Below, one piece after another: positions 62,655-64,000 of a stretch of DNA of 64,000 nucleotides; position 1 is the stretch's first letter, and the number at the start of each line of letters is the position of its first letter. Below the pieces are notes generated by a model. It was not told where the DNA came from and made no database searches. It saw only the letters and a program-made list of their open reading frames with translations. Origin of the DNA: Candidatus Bathyarchaeota archaeon (lineage in GTDB: Archaea; Thermoproteota; Bathyarchaeia; Bathyarchaeales; Bathycorpusculaceae). Position numbers and translations under genes: made by a program. Location: assembly GCA_963739305.1 (NCBI GenBank), contig CAVTZU010000023.1:1-64000 (forward strand), written 5' to 3'.

Positions 62655-63452
62655 TTAGCAAACCAGTTTTGCAACATCTTCCCGGTCCACGATACCAAGC
62701 AACTTTCCGTTTTTGTCTCTGACCGGAACCCGTCCTATATCTTTGGAAACCATCACTTTGGCAACTCTGATCACCTTAGTGGAAGGTTCCACAGCAACGA
62801 GGTTCGTCTTCATAATCGAAGATATTTTCGGCGAGTCCCTGAAGCGCCCCTTCCTCGACTCGAAAGCCGGCAACGTGGCTCCTGATTCTAGAAGATCCTT
62901 CATCGTAACGATGCCCACAAGCTTCCCATTCTTGACAACTGGTAGACCTGCAAAACGGGTTTCCGTCATCAACCGCCAGATGTCGTCAACTCCATCGTCC
63001 GGCGAACACGTCACAACCTTCTTTGTCATGATTTCAGAGACGTCTTTCAAGAACCTGTCCGGACTTGTCTTGATCAGAGCACCGATAAAACTGTCTAACC
63101 CCACAACGCCCCTGTATGTTTTGTCCTCGACGGACTCAACGACAGGTGCGTACCACGCGTCAACTTTAATCATGGCCCTGAAAGTTGAAGTTGCTTCATC
63201 TTCAACCGTTGCGACGTGTTTGGCAAGTGTCATTATTCCTTTTACCTTGATTGGTGAAACTGATGATGAGATTGTCATAACATCGCGGCGGGAAACCTTG
63301 CCCATCAGGAACTTGTTCGTATCCGTTACTGGAAGAATTCTCAGATCAAGATCTCGTATTAAGGCACGTGCCTTTGTTGCAAGGTCATCCTCATAAATCG
63401 AAGGATGCTTCTGATCCATAATTTCTTTGACACGCAAGCGATCCCCTCTCAC
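62655..63452 (-). CDS. Four-CBS-domain protein
   Basis: LPV...GIVT repeats. Confidence 0.9.
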   Translation of the reverse strand: MRGDRLRVKEIMDQKHPSIYEDDLATKARALIRDLDLRILPVTDTNKFLMGKVSRRDVMTISSSVSPIKVKGIMTLAKHVATVEDEATSTFRAMIKVDAWYAPVVESVEDKTYRGVVGLDSFIGALIKTSPDRFLKDVSEIMTKKVVTCSPDDGVDDIWRLMTETRFAGLPVVKNGKLVGIVTMKDLLESGATLPAFESRKGRFRDSPKISSIMKTNLVAVEPSTKVIRVAKVMVSKDIGRVPVRDKNGKLLGIVDREDVAKLVC

Positions 63453-64000
63453 TCCTCAGCTTCCAACTCAACCCTGCAATCTTCACAGTAGAATTGGCCA
63501 TCGATTTCCTTCAAATCGTCAGACCAAACTCCACAATGGTCGCAGTAACCAGCAAGAGGAGCATGCTCTTCTTCTGCTTCCTCAGCCATGTTTTCACCCT
63601 CAATTCTAGCCTTCTCCTGAGATGTCTCCAGCAACTCGGGCATGACGCTCAAAATATCCTTGTTTGAAACAATACCGACAAGCTTCTCTTTATACATGAC
63701 CGCCAAACGTCTAATATCTAACCTGCTCATTCTCCTTGCTGCTTCACTGATCGTTACGTCAGGTTCAACCGTCATTACGGGTGCAGTCATCACTTTGTTG
63801 GCCTTAACCGTGTCTGGTTTCTTGTTCTTCGCCAGAACTCTGACGACAAGATCCTTCTCAGTTATGATCCCGATTGGTTTTCCATCCTTGGTCGTCACGA
63901 TGATGCATCCGTAGTCATTTTTATCCATAAGACTGGCTACTTTGTTCGCAGTAGCACTCTCAAGCACAGTGACAGCTGGACTACTCATTACATCTTTGAC
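63449..64000 (-). CDS. CBS-pair protein with C-terminal Zn ribbon (start beyond window)
   Basis: GIITEKD, GYCDHCG...YCEDC; frame stays open to the window edge. Confidence 0.88.
   Translation of the reverse strand, partial: VKDVMSSPAVTVLESATANKVASLMDKNDYGCIIVTTKDGKPIGIITEKDLVVRVLAKNKKPDTVKANKVMTAPVMTVEPDVTISEAARRMSRLDIRRLAVMYKEKLVGIVSNKDILSVMPELLETSQEKARIEGENMAEEAEEEHAPLAGYCDHCGVWSDDLKEIDGQFYCEDCRVELEAEE

Noticed and set aside
295-63914. Numerous antisense or overlapping ORFs in the six-frame track
   Set aside because: They are shadows of well-supported genes and have no recognisable motifs

Overview
Archaeal chromosomal DNA: it carries a histone, eS17, eS25, RpoK, a thermosome, HdrABC and CofD/CofE. 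The gene content and style suggest a TACK lineage, probably Bathyarchaeia (inference). Many genes, including the thermosome, carry single-base frameshifts, most likely long-read assembly errors. Layout: a defence island at 1-7.1 kb (type I RM, Mrr-like nuclease, AbiE toxin-antitoxin); an accessory tract of small unrelated genes at about 9-19.7 kb; core genes at 19.9-29 kb; a second accessory tract at 29.2-33.7 kb; then mostly core metabolism (ArcE-like synthetase, TrpB2, HdrABC, EtfAB, KorABG, thermosome, PyrC, CofDE, CBS proteins). Two things stand out. (1) Three families of non-coding motifs punctuate the accessory DNA: a GGGGTA-AAACTY-TACCCC palindrome (6 copies), (CG)n-CTA junction motifs, and a ~100-bp element at two core/accessory borders with the same polarity. 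Together they suggest a site-specific gene-cassette acquisition system, although no intact recombinase is in the window. (2) A trpB2 + SbnI/SerK-like ParB-fold kinase operon with a divergent ACT regulator and a visible operator array suggests a self-contained O-phosphoserine-dependent tryptophan module. All family assignments are from motif recognition; no database searches were run.
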